Positions 35,110 through 45,365 of a stretch of DNA of 64,000 nt are shown here, piece after piece (the first letter of the stretch is position 1; every line of letters starts with the position of its first letter). The DNA is from Amphiscolops sp. MND2022 (lineage: Eukaryota), in the NCBI GenBank assembly GCA_964187785.1, contig CAXLNC010001113.1, positions 1 to 64,000 of the forward strand. Direction: 5' to 3'. The notes beneath the pieces were generated by a model. It worked only from the letters and a program-made list of their open reading frames with translations, did not search any database and was not told where the DNA came from. A program made the translations under genes and the position numbers.

Positions 35110-36551
35110 GATAGGTCATCAACATACGTCTCTGCCATGAATCCCATCACCGGTGTGCCTTCCCAGATCGTAGATGGCTCCTGCCATTGACGACACGCAC
35201 CATAGATCTTGGAATCATCAAACATGAGGATTTGATATCGAGGCACATAGTCTTTGAGTTGAGCTTCCAATATCTGCATCAAGTACTGAAACTTGCTCGC
35301 ATCTTCCCAATCACGACACCATATGACAATCATCATCGGCTGATCCAATAGACTGAACCAATGTGGTGCATTGAGGACCCATGCTGCTGGCTCGGTCATA
35401 TAGATCTTGTGCACGGCATGATTCTTGGTCACAGTGATGACATTGTCAGCTGGGAATAGACCATTGAGCGTGAAGGTAGTCAACTCTGGCACTTGTGCAC
35501 GGTTTGCACGAAGCTCGTCAGGTGATTTGCTCGGACTTGGACCTCCCTGGAGAACATATGCAAGTTGTTCATATAGAGGCTTGGACCAATCAATATCACG
35601 AGGAGACTTGACCCTAAGGTACTTTCCTTCATCGTTCAATCGAGCTTGCCTGTCCTTCTCATAAGAGTTTGACGGCATACACGCAATCTCTGGAGGTGTA
35701 GGCATGTAGGTAGCTGGAGGACCTTTTGCACATGGTCTGCATGGTTGAGGTATCTCAACAGATGCTGAAGCTGCTACATAGACCTCTCCTTCTGCTTGAG
35801 GAGGCTTTGGGAATGCCTTGTGTCGAACCTGCTTGCTCGGTGGGGCTGGCTCTGTTGGTGGCTCCAATGCATGCTTATTGGCACTTGAACTCGTCTCCAT
35901 AGAAGGATGCTTCGGAAGCGCTGACAGTGGAGGACGAGGTGGATGACTTGGAGTCATCGGAGTTTCTGCCAATGGAAGCGCAATGCTTGGAACACCTTTA
36001 GGCCTTGGAGCTGCTGGCGGTGGAGGTTGAACTCCTGAACCAATCCTTGGAGGCTCTGTCTCCTTGATGAACACTGAAGGCATCGGACGTCCACATGTTG
36101 GTGGAGCCTTCTTCACAGTTGGCTGTGAGTAAGAAGTGTTCCTTGGATCATTTTGACGAAGGGCCTCATGGACTCGTGGAAGCTCACGCTGTGATGCAAT
36201 ACCTAGAGGTGGTGGGCCAACTGGAAGTGATGGAGCATTGAGTCCTTTAGCTCGGATCTCGGCTTCCCATTCTCTGATACTGCGTTCGTGTGCTTCATGT
36301 TCAGCTGCTTGTGCCCGCTGCCTGTGCAAGATATCTTGTTGGATAGCCTGATCCATGGTATGGAGAGCACGGGCATCCTTGATTATCTTTGCATACTCTT
36401 CTGTAGTCCATCGACCATCGTTGACTGGAACCTCGAGAACTGCTTCCCTTGGAGATATGGCTGGTTCTGTAGCCACTTCTTCTTGTGCACGAGCTTGAGC
36501 TGCTTCGGCTTCTTCAACTGCATTCGCCATATCATTCATCCAATCAGCCAT
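35064..36551 (-). CDS. Accessory ORF, N-terminal part: helical, Pro-rich and a folded-looking domain
   Basis: 495-aa ATG-initiated ORF between pol and the 3' LTR; probably joined to 32980-35109 across a 1-nt frameshift near 35110. Confidence 0.7.
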   Translation of the reverse strand: MADWMNDMANAVEEAEAAQARAQEEVATEPAISPREAVLEVPVNDGRWTTEEYAKIIKDARALHTMDQAIQQDILHRQRAQAAEHEAHERSIREWEAEIRAKGLNAPSLPVGPPPLGIASQRELPRVHEALRQNDPRNTSYSQPTVKKAPPTCGRPMPSVFIKETEPPRIGSGVQPPPPAAPRPKGVPSIALPLAETPMTPSHPPRPPLSALPKHPSMETSSSANKHALEPPTEPAPPSKQVRHKAFPKPPQAEGEVYVAASASVEIPQPCRPCAKGPPATYMPTPPEIACMPSNSYEKDRQARLNDEGKYLRVKSPRDIDWSKPLYEQLAYVLQGGPSPSKSPDELRANRAQVPELTTFTLNGLFPADNVITVTKNHAVHKIYMTEPAAWVLNAPHWFSLLDQPMMIVIWCRDWEDASKFQYLMQILEAQLKDYVPRYQILMFDDSKIYGACRQWQEPSTIWEGTPVMGFMAETYVDDLSCLSFKDFNPCGHIP

Positions 36552-37388
36552 GATGGAGATAGATGGAAGGTAGGCTTAGATACGCAAGCTTGGAGGTGCT
36601 TATGTGCTGCTAGCAATTCGTGCGTGAAAGCACACACTTGCTGGATCCATAAACGGCTATTCGATCCATAATGAAGCATGGACTGTACAAATGAAAACTG
36701 AAATGGAAAACTGTACCACATCTGTTGGGACAAAGAGATCGTCGAAACAGTTCATCCTCAGCTGCTTGGCAACTCTGATAGAGGGAACATGACATTGGCC
36801 AGCATTGTGACCGCAGAAGCACATGTTCTTCGTGACGATCGATTGCATCAGTGCCATTGTCACCAAACAGACATCAAGACCTATGAACAACCATTCCTGA
36901 CTGCCAGATCTACAATTTGGCACAGACGAAATGGAAGCAACATGGTCTGGACCATACTTGGTCGGTCATGCAACAAATTTCATAGACCATCGATAGAGCA
37001 CAACTTGAACAATTCCCTTGGAAGTGTTCTCTCCGACTCATGCACTCCACAATGACAGGCGGAGGCTGGTCATGAATTGGAACCTTCTCACGATGGAAAC
37101 ATGAATGGGCCATGAGAATGCAGGTCCACACTGTCGGGCGGAACATGCTCTCATGATTCGACCTCAATCTGAACTTCACTCCACAATGTCAGGCGGAGGA
37201 TGTCAGACATTGAGCATAGATTCGAATCACCCAAACATCGTGACAGCAATGTGCTCCTGATGAATTCATATGTACATAGAAGACAATATTCACATGCTCA
37301 AATGAAAACTTGTTCCAAATGAGACAAACGCATATATACATTGAAATAGTTTGAAACCTGGCACACGAGACAATGATGTGTTGGAGGA

Positions 37389-40300
37389 TTAGTCGTCGAT
37401 GAGACATAGGTCTTCCATGATCCTTGGGAGGCGACTTGCACCCAATCCCTTGGTCAGACTGTCAGCGGCCATGTCAGAGGTGGACTGATATGAGAATCGA
37501 ATTCCTCTCCTAGACATTTGATGTAGCCAGAGGGCTTTGACGCTGATGTGACGAGTTCTCCATGCTGTCTCTGATCCATTTCGAACCATATGGAGTGCGG
37601 CTGCATTGTCACTAGAGACTTCGATCTCGCAACATGCATTGGTCATCTCTGCAATTATGATAGAGATGTTCTCTCCTTGCTGAAGAGCTTCACTCGCTGC
37701 AATCAATTCTGCTTCACAAGTGGACTTGGCTACCAGATCCTGTCGACTGGATCGCCATTGAACAAGGTTACCACCCTTTCGAGAACTAGAGGTGATACCA
37801 TGATAGACAACAATTCCTTGCTGGCTCTTCTCCCCTGTCGGTGCAAAGGAGGCATCTCCTAGAACCCATAGCTTTTGCTTGGATGTTGGAGGTACTGGAA
37901 CGTAGCGCAATGCATAGCTCAGTGTATACTGCAAGTACTGACAAATATGTTTGACTCGGACAAAGCATAGATCTGCGTCATGAGTGATCAGGCTTGCTGC
38001 TCGACTCGTTGCCCATGCAATGTCTGGTCTGCTTCGAAGAGCTATCCAATTGAGACAACCTACGATGGCAGGTAAGTTGATAACCACCTGATCAGAATTG
38101 TAGTGTAGTCTTGGATTTGGCTTAGCTGCTGCATCTGCATCAATGATGTCTGCTGCGATGAGCATTTGAAGTGAATCTGAGTACTCTGCTATGGTCTGGT
38201 CGTGTGAGGTGGTGGATGACGGGCTGAATGACTCCTGATTCCCTGGAGTCGTCCGAGTCTTCAATTGGAGACTTGGTTCGAACTTCAGGAGCACCTCAAG
38301 AATGTATTCCATCTGGTTCAATAGAATAGAACCTTCCGGCATGTCGAGTTCTTTGCTTCGAGCGGCATCGACTCTCTCAAGATTCATGCCTAGAAATCGA
38401 AGAATTGGAACACAATCCGAATCAGGACCGAGGTGTTCTGGAGTGCTCGTCTTCCATATACCCTGAACTGCTTTGATCAGCGTCTCATTCAATGTTCGTG
38501 GACCTGCAATCAAGAGGTCATCTACATAGACACCCACATAGCCTAGAATCTTGTGCTGATGAAGTTGAGCTGTCCATTCGTCGCTTCGTAGCTTGTTGTC
38601 GAATGGAGGAATCCCCATCGTGGATGCTTTGGGGCCTTCTGCAATGAACCATAGGCTGGGATGAATGTAGCTTTGAACAAGGTGGACACTTCTGTCATTG
38701 TACACAAACTGAATGTCTTGGAGCTTCTGGTCTCTCTCCTGTTGCCAGAGACGAGGGGCTTCTCTAAGTCCATAAATTGCCTTCTTGACACGCCATACAG
38801 TGTTGGGCTTGACAATATCCATCTTCACTAGAATCGGCGGTGGAGTGATGAGGACAGTATCATCCTCATGGATATCTGCATTGAGGAAAGCACTCGTGAT
38901 ATCCACACTTGACCATGTAGTATCTTTGGAGCATGCTAGACTAAGCATCAATCGCAAGAGTGGAGCATCCAAATTGGTTGTTGTCGTAGAGTGTTCTCCC
39001 CATGTAGCAAAGTTGCCACAAATCACCAATCGACTCTTGTGCTTGTATTCTTCATGGACATCGTTCTCTTCCTGCTGTGACTGTGTCAGGGGCTTGAGGA
39101 CAAAGACCATTTGGCACGGTAGCGGCCATTTCCCTTTCTCCTTCCATGCAACAACAAGAGCTGGGTCGGCATCATCTATAGCCATGTTCTGCAGAAAATT
39201 CTCAATTTCCTTGTAGATCGACATGAGCCATTTCTCACGCATAGCACCTGTAGAAGATGCCACTGTTTTCGGTGAGACTGGTATGCTCTTGGCCTTGATC
39301 ACAGTGTTGGACTTGCCATCATTGGGCTGTGTCCGCTTAGGCTTTCGATCATTTGCTACTGTTGGATGATCAAACTGGACGACTTCACGTCGCTTCTGAG
39401 CTGCAGGTAAATCAGATGGACATGTAACATCTGGGACATCCTTCAGGACTGGAGATTGACTAGAGGCATGCATCATGCGGGCGATAAACATCTGCTTGGA
39501 AGTAACATCAGGCTCGACAGAGTACGGGACTCCGGAATAGATCTTCCCTTGATGATCGAGCCACTTGAACTTTCCCAGTTCATCCTGAATACTTCGCCAT
39601 GGCATGTTCGTCTCTGGTGTATCACGTGATGGACTCGCAGTAAGATGGTATCTGCTTGGATCTAGACGTCTTGGTGCTAGACCTTTGATCACCACACCAT
39701 CCTGCAGAATGCGGGTGGATCCGCTCTGCCATATATCAATGTCTAGTAGGTATCCAACACTTCCTCGATCGTCCAAAGACTTTGCTTGTGCTTTGTCATG
39801 GGATCTCCAAATTCCCACTAGCTGTCCAAATAGAGGATATGTCCAATCTCTTCCTAGAACTCGCTCTCTCATCATGTGTCCAGCAAATCTGCACGCATAT
39901 GACCACCATTCTCTGCCTAGATCTGCTTGTTTGAGCATTCGTCGTACCGTGGTCTTCAACATTCCGACCATTCTCTCAGCAATACCATTAGAAGATGGCT
40001 GATGGGCTGGAGAGTACGATAGAACGATATTCTTCTCCCAGCATAGATCTCGAACTTGTTTGTTTGTGAATTCTCCACCTCCATCTGCCTGGATGCGGGT
40101 AACTCTGGAACCCTTGATTTGGTGCAAGTTGCGATTGTCGCACATGAGAAGTGCTTCCTTCAACGCATTTGACGCACACAAAGCATCTTTCTTGGGCATT
40201 GGGATGAAGAAAGGTAACAACTTCGACACATTGTCAACCTCAATGGTGACTGCTGCAACTAGACAATATTTGTGACCATCTGCTGATGCTTCAAATGCTG

Positions 40301-43300
40301 CTAGATCACAATGCATAATGCCTGGATGTCTGTCTGCATTCTTGCGTCGATGATTGATCTTGCTTCCTGCCTCTTCCATACATACTGGACATGTCGGATC
40401 CTTAGTAAGGTGACCAGACTGATGATGCTCAAGCCATTTTGGGTTGATGGTCTGGGTGTCAGACTCCCATTCTGGAATGCTGTGGATCATCTCCTGCATA
40501 TTGTCACGAAGACTTGTGCTCATGGAGGTTTCATCAGTCTCCATCGATTGCAAGGTGATAACTTGATCTGATTCTGCGAGATACGATGCATTCAAGTTGT
40601 AGTCAGACATGTCATCGAACTGCTCTGGTGTGTACTGGTAGTACTTGGCATCAAGATAGCGCTCGACTATGATGTCGGGCTGGAGCTCTTCAATCTCATC
40701 ATGCACTTGACACTGCATAGACTTCCAATAGTGACATCCGGGACGATGAGGTTGACAAGAAAAGAGAACTTCATGACAAGGTTTGGTCTGTTGCAGTAGA
40801 TTTGGTGGAAATGGTTTGGTGTACATCATGAGTGTAGACCATATAGCATCGGGCGGGATCACCAGCGCTTCGACAATGGCGCGGGTGTCAGGCTCTGCCA
40901 ATGTCGTGGGAGGACATAGATCGCCTTTGGTCAGACCAACTGCAAACTGCTTGGATCCGCCTTGCCGGCGTAGAGAGTCACAGGCCTGTTCAATTTGTGC
41001 CCTGGACGCAATGTATTGTGTTCCGACTGAATTGACATATGGAGTCGTCTCACACATCTTCGCTTTCACACCATTGGATAGATATGAAGTCATCTTCGGA
41101 TCCTGTGCTGCTCTTTCCCAGAACTGCCAATTGAACACTGTGTCGGGATGGGCTTGGTGAACCCATAGAGCTCTCCGAAGTACTTCAAACTGCATTTGAC
41201 TTGCATATGCCATGTTGTTCCTGATCTCGAATTGAGTCATCGTTCGCCACTTGCCTTTATCTTTGCATTGCATGACTGCTGTCCCATTCTCCCATACAAA
41301 CTTCGTATCCAATAGATTGGTTAGTCTGCCCAATGGAAGTAACGGGTGAGCTCTCTCTTGTGCATAGACCTCATTTCTCCAACATTTGGCCTTTTCCTTT
41401 CCCACAGCCAGATTGACCGTAACTTCGAATGACCTTGCTCCCTTTGGTAGCATATGTCCTGGCAATAGAACATGTGTAGCACCGCTATCTAGAAGGGCGT
41501 AGGCCGGGTCTCTGACTTGTGATCTGGAGAAACATAGATCTGGTTCATCGCATCCTGAGTCCATATCCAAATCTGCTTGGTCAGGGATAGTAGCCTGACT
41601 CAGCGCGGTGTGTGCTTGACACATGGACTTCTGCACCGGGAACCACATCTCGCCAAACCATGACTTGTCTAGACTGTCACATGAATCGCTGCTGTCGAAG
41701 TACAATGTGAAGGTCTTCATAGTCTTTGCATCATGACCATAGAGAAAGATTGGTCTCGTGATAGACAGTGACCATTTACCTGGCCTGAACACTGGTAGCT
41801 TCTTCTGAGGTTCTGCTACAGTGCATATCATATAGTCAGCATCATTCCATGTAGAATGTCTCCATGTCAGCTTCGACTTGGTGCTCATCATAGCAAATAG
41901 AAAATCATTTGTCATGCAGGAACGTGCCTCTGGTTTGGTCTTGGGTTGGGATCGGTCATTCTTCGTCGGTGAAGACTGTGCTGGCCGTGGAGCAATAGAC
42001 TTCGGCGTGGTCTTCCCCTTTGACTTCCCTTTTGACCTAGATCCTTTCCCTTTGCCTTTCTTTCCTTTCTGGGCCTCATACTCTTCAATCTCGCTTGGAT
42101 CATCCTGCCATTCTATCTCTGCCCAATCACCCACAGCCTCTTCCCATTCTGCCTGCTTTGCTTTAGGCTTCACTGGGCGAGTACACTGCGAGGTTGGATG
42201 ACGAGTGGATCCGCAGATCGCGCATCTCCCTGGCTGTCGCCTTGGATGATACTTCGGACAGTGATGACCTTGAGAGCAACCATTTGATTTCCAGTAGTCA
42301 TCGCATGGGGGTCTCCATTGAGACGGTGAGCCTTTGCCATTCTTCTGCTTGCCTTTTCCTTTGGCAGGCACTTTCCCCTTGCTCGCACTAACATACTCAT
42401 CATACATCGAGTGCTTGACTGAAGTACTGGAACCATTCACAATCTGGGTAATCTTGTCTTGTTCCTCATGGAGTCGAAGTTCTATGAGGAATTCTGCAAG
42501 CATCGCATAGACTCTGTCGAGAGTAAGACTAGATTCTCGCAACTGATGCTTCAAATAGAGACTATCCCAAATGTTGCCCACTGTGCGATAATATTGAGTA
42601 ATGCCGCTGAGGACTTCTTGCACGAATGTTATGATAGTCCTTGGATGTACATGCTGTCCTGTCTTCATGCACAGATTGAGTCTGTGCTGCATTTCTTCAA
42701 GCCAGACACACCCTTGATCCAAAGTAGAGGGAGTGACCTTAGGTGGCGTCAAGAGCTCGCGTTGCATAGTGACCTCGTTGATATCTTGGGGCAAGATGAG
42801 CTGCTTCATCACATACCATGCTATGAGTTCTGCTGTGCAATATCCATGTCTCATGCAAGCATCTGCAATGGATCTCGGAATTGCATCGAGTAGCTCTGTG
42901 CGGAGAACGCTCTCAACCGCATTACTTGCTTGTGGAATATGCTTCCTGTCACCTAAGATATATGCAGGCTCTAGACTTGCTCTTTGAGAAGGAGTGCTTT
43001 GAAGCCATCGATCATGTCTTGCTCGCGCATGATCTAAAATCTCTTCGAGCCAGTACTTCTGTGCGTCACCTCTCCATGTGGCTATAGCAAATGTACATCG
43101 ATCATACCATGATTCTAACAACTGTCTCATCTCCAATATGCTGCACGCCTTGTAGTTGGACGGTAGCATGAGCTTCGGCAATGCCTTTCTTGACCTGTCC
43201 AATGGAGCCCATGGATCAGAAGATCTCGGTGGTTGCACAATGCCTGGAGGTGTAGGTGGAGTGGACCCTGGAGCTCCTGATCCTCCTCCTGTCTGTTGGG

Positions 43301-44675
43301 GTGGTGTTCCCTTCGGCATTGAATCTGATCCTGAGCCTCCGCCTGGACTTCCTCCTGGTGGTGGAGGTGGCGGTGGCGGAGTTGCTCCTCCTGACCCAGT
43401 GCCTCCTCCTGATCCACTGCCTCCTCCTGATCCACTGCCTCCTCCTGATGGATTGCTGCCTGGACAGCTCCATTGAGTACTGCTGCCATTCCCCGGATTG
43501 GGGGGGTCTCCCGAAGGACCTCCTCCTCCTGCTGCCTTTGGCCTGGTGTGCAGAGGCGTCCATTGAACTGGATATGAATCTGCACCTAGAGCTGCAGTGG
43601 CATGTGGAACTGGTGGGGGCGGTGGTGGCGGTGGCAATGGAGTACTTATGTCTCTTCCTCTTCTACCTCCGGGACCTGACGATTGTCCGGGAACGCCTCG
43701 ACCTAGTTGAACGCCTCCTGGAGCCCGTACTTCACTTTGCTGGAGTGCCGTGGATGGCTGCTCATCTTCTGCATTATTCGGACGAATCAACGTTCCATTG
43801 ACACATCGAGCTGCTATTACTGGTACATGTGGAAGTGGTGCAATAGGAGAATGTGCTTGCTGAAGTTCTTCTTGATCAGGTACTGCTATCTGCTGACACA
43901 GTTCATCTGATTCTTCTGCATCGAGTGCTGTACCGAAGAGTTCACATCCTTCATCACTCCCTCGACCATAGAAATCTCCCCATTGAGCTGGTGGTACATG
44001 AGCTGGGGGTGTCGCGCTATACTCTTGTGTCATAGGGCTCGGTGCGTACTGCACTGGAAAACCAACCGGTGACTGTAGGCCTGATGAGGTAGGTCGACAT
44101 GGAGTCTCGAGTTCATGTGGTAGAATCCATCTTGAGGACTTCCCTGGAGACAATGTGTTCAGAGTATTCTCGGGTTCTGCATCGACTGTTCTGCTTGGGA
44201 CTGTCTGCTCAATCCTGCACATGTTGGCTGCTAAGTGCGCCTTCATCTCGGACTTCTCTCGCATGTTAAGCAACTCTGTGTGGAGCTCATGGATTTCTGC
44301 TCTATAATCTGCCTGTTGGCTTAGATGCCTCTTCCAGAGGATCTTCTCCTTGTCCGGCTGCTCGTCAGCGTACTGCCGCAGTTCCTGGACCATTCGCTGA
44401 TACTCTTGAGCTGTATGCGCTGCTTCTTGTTCCTGTAGATGTGCTGCTCGTAGGGCTTGTGCCTCGAGTTGTATTCGTCTCTCTTGAGTGTCATGAAGCT
44501 TTTGATGTTCAACATTCGTCTCATGCATCTTCGACGCAAACGACTGCACCTGGGCGCTGTTGGATTGACATAGAGCTTGTAGGTCAGCTTCTGCTTTTTG
44601 CCATTTAGCTTTGAAATGTTGATCCATGGCCTCTTGTGCTTCGGTAGCATTTTGTGCCATCTGGGCACTTTCCAC
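37389..44675 (-). CDS. gag-pol: Copia Gag-Pol polyprotein
   Basis: 2428 aa: CCCH plus CCHC fingers, protease LLDSGAT, integrase HHQSGH...CPVC / HCD / QADGGGEF / SNGIAE, RT SVDITSAFL / IYGLREAP / YVDD, RNase H GDAS / CEAEL / SSDN / ADSLTKGL. Confidence 0.95.
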   Translation of the reverse strand: MESAQMAQNATEAQEAMDQHFKAKWQKAEADLQALCQSNSAQVQSFASKMHETNVEHQKLHDTQERRIQLEAQALRAAHLQEQEAAHTAQEYQRMVQELRQYADEQPDKEKILWKRHLSQQADYRAEIHELHTELLNMREKSEMKAHLAANMCRIEQTVPSRTVDAEPENTLNTLSPGKSSRWILPHELETPCRPTSSGLQSPVGFPVQYAPSPMTQEYSATPPAHVPPAQWGDFYGRGSDEGCELFGTALDAEESDELCQQIAVPDQEELQQAHSPIAPLPHVPVIAARCVNGTLIRPNNAEDEQPSTALQQSEVRAPGGVQLGRGVPGQSSGPGGRRGRDISTPLPPPPPPPPVPHATAALGADSYPVQWTPLHTRPKAAGGGGPSGDPPNPGNGSSTQWSCPGSNPSGGGSGSGGGSGSGGGTGSGGATPPPPPPPPGGSPGGGSGSDSMPKGTPPQQTGGGSGAPGSTPPTPPGIVQPPRSSDPWAPLDRSRKALPKLMLPSNYKACSILEMRQLLESWYDRCTFAIATWRGDAQKYWLEEILDHARARHDRWLQSTPSQRASLEPAYILGDRKHIPQASNAVESVLRTELLDAIPRSIADACMRHGYCTAELIAWYVMKQLILPQDINEVTMQRELLTPPKVTPSTLDQGCVWLEEMQHRLNLCMKTGQHVHPRTIITFVQEVLSGITQYYRTVGNIWDSLYLKHQLRESSLTLDRVYAMLAEFLIELRLHEEQDKITQIVNGSSTSVKHSMYDEYVSASKGKVPAKGKGKQKNGKGSPSQWRPPCDDYWKSNGCSQGHHCPKYHPRRQPGRCAICGSTRHPTSQCTRPVKPKAKQAEWEEAVGDWAEIEWQDDPSEIEEYEAQKGKKGKGKGSRSKGKSKGKTTPKSIAPRPAQSSPTKNDRSQPKTKPEARSCMTNDFLFAMMSTKSKLTWRHSTWNDADYMICTVAEPQKKLPVFRPGKWSLSITRPIFLYGHDAKTMKTFTLYFDSSDSCDSLDKSWFGEMWFPVQKSMCQAHTALSQATIPDQADLDMDSGCDEPDLCFSRSQVRDPAYALLDSGATHVLLPGHMLPKGARSFEVTVNLAVGKEKAKCWRNEVYAQERAHPLLPLGRLTNLLDTKFVWENGTAVMQCKDKGKWRTMTQFEIRNNMAYASQMQFEVLRRALWVHQAHPDTVFNWQFWERAAQDPKMTSYLSNGVKAKMCETTPYVNSVGTQYIASRAQIEQACDSLRRQGGSKQFAVGLTKGDLCPPTTLAEPDTRAIVEALVIPPDAIWSTLMMYTKPFPPNLLQQTKPCHEVLFSCQPHRPGCHYWKSMQCQVHDEIEELQPDIIVERYLDAKYYQYTPEQFDDMSDYNLNASYLAESDQVITLQSMETDETSMSTSLRDNMQEMIHSIPEWESDTQTINPKWLEHHQSGHLTKDPTCPVCMEEAGSKINHRRKNADRHPGIMHCDLAAFEASADGHKYCLVAAVTIEVDNVSKLLPFFIPMPKKDALCASNALKEALLMCDNRNLHQIKGSRVTRIQADGGGEFTNKQVRDLCWEKNIVLSYSPAHQPSSNGIAERMVGMLKTTVRRMLKQADLGREWWSYACRFAGHMMRERVLGRDWTYPLFGQLVGIWRSHDKAQAKSLDDRGSVGYLLDIDIWQSGSTRILQDGVVIKGLAPRRLDPSRYHLTASPSRDTPETNMPWRSIQDELGKFKWLDHQGKIYSGVPYSVEPDVTSKQMFIARMMHASSQSPVLKDVPDVTCPSDLPAAQKRREVVQFDHPTVANDRKPKRTQPNDGKSNTVIKAKSIPVSPKTVASSTGAMREKWLMSIYKEIENFLQNMAIDDADPALVVAWKEKGKWPLPCQMVFVLKPLTQSQQEENDVHEEYKHKSRLVICGNFATWGEHSTTTTNLDAPLLRLMLSLACSKDTTWSSVDITSAFLNADIHEDDTVLITPPPILVKMDIVKPNTVWRVKKAIYGLREAPRLWQQERDQKLQDIQFVYNDRSVHLVQSYIHPSLWFIAEGPKASTMGIPPFDNKLRSDEWTAQLHQHKILGYVGVYVDDLLIAGPRTLNETLIKAVQGIWKTSTPEHLGPDSDCVPILRFLGMNLERVDAARSKELDMPEGSILLNQMEYILEVLLKFEPSLQLKTRTTPGNQESFSPSSTTSHDQTIAEYSDSLQMLIAADIIDADAAAKPNPRLHYNSDQVVINLPAIVGCLNWIALRSRPDIAWATSRAASLITHDADLCFVRVKHICQYLQYTLSYALRYVPVPPTSKQKLWVLGDASFAPTGEKSQQGIVVYHGITSSSRKGGNLVQWRSSRQDLVAKSTCEAELIAASEALQQGENISIIIAEMTNACCEIEVSSDNAAALHMVRNGSETAWRTRHISVKALWLHQMSRRGIRFSYQSTSDMAADSLTKGLGASRLPRIMEDLCLIDD

Positions 44676-45066
44676 GACATAGCACTTCTTCGGCTTCAGT
44701 CACTACCCTAGATTTCCAATCTTTAGCTTCACTGCTGAGTAGACGCATATGGGCTAGTAGTTCTTCTTCTTGCATGAAGTGACCGTCTCTCTGGGCTTTG
44801 ACTTGCTCAATTTGCGCATCCCTTAGAGATAGCTGAGCTCGTAGCCAAGCAACTTCATCAGTGCGAGACGGCATAGTAGTTCTCAATGCTACTTGATGTG
44901 CAAGATGCTCTTGGTGAGACCTGCCCATAGAGGCTCGTTGAGCAACTGCTTGTAGGCATCCATCTTGTGCATCGATTAGACTGCTCATCCAGGTAGACAT
45001 GTGCTCATGGACCCCGCGGATGGCCGGCATCAAGTCTATACCTTGGACATGTGGAACCATTGACAT
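44605..45066 (-). CDS. Probable true N-terminus of Gag, separated by a 1-nt frameshift
   Basis: The frame is open from the LTR through the PBS; first ATG at 45064-45066; the coiled-coil sequence EEVLCR continues as ESAQMAQ in the main ORF if one G near 44675 is removed. Confidence 0.55.
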   Translation of the reverse strand: MSMVPHVQGIDLMPAIRGVHEHMSTWMSSLIDAQDGCLQAVAQRASMGRSHQEHLAHQVALRTTMPSRTDEVAWLRAQLSLRDAQIEQVKAQRDGHFMQEEELLAHMRLLSSEAKDWKSRVVTEAEEVLCRGKCPDGTKCYRSTRGHGSTFQS

Positions 45067-45149
45067 AGTAGGTTGAAGTCGCGGAACCAACTGATCTTCT
45101 CTTCTGGGGCGTTTAGGCACCAACTGCCTCTCCTGCTCTTCCACTTGAC

Positions 45150-45159
45150 GCTCATAACC
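45150..45159 (-). promoter_or_regulatory. Primer-binding site GGTTATGAGC (anticodon arm of tRNA(iMet); half-tRNA priming)
   Basis: Abuts the CA end of the 5' LTR; complementary to GCUCAUAACC, as in the Ty5/Drosophila copia type of PBS. Confidence 0.85.
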
Positions 45160-45365
45160 TGTGTTGTCTATATGCAAGAATAGACTGTGCGCAGTGTAGG
45201 TCAAGTATGCAGAGCAAGCAAAGCAGATATAAGGGCGCTAGATAGATCGCTATGCAGTCTTCCTTTTGCACTCATGCCCTTGGAGTCTTGAGCCAAATAG
45301 GGCGTCGAATGACATCATCATGCTGTCGATCAGTAGATCAAGGTTGCAAGCTGCATCCCTTGACA
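45160..45365 (-). repeat. 5' LTR of the copia element
   Basis: Direct repeat of 32631-32836. Confidence 0.95.

Larger units (their letters stand above)
32631..45365 (-). mobile_element. Full-length Ty1/copia LTR retrotransposon (12,735 bp) with an extra 3' ORF
   Basis: 206-bp LTRs differing at one base, TG...CA ends, PBS, PPT, and PR-IN-RT-RH domain order. Flanks GTTTC/GAAAG do not form a TSD. Confidence 0.95.

Noticed and set aside
32980-36551. env or DNA-methyltransferase identity for the accessory ORF
   Set aside because: No hydrophobic transmembrane segment or signal peptide, and no recognisable C5-methyltransferase motif set.
37389-44675. Gypsy/Ty3 classification
   Set aside because: Integrase precedes RT and the RT motifs are copia-type.
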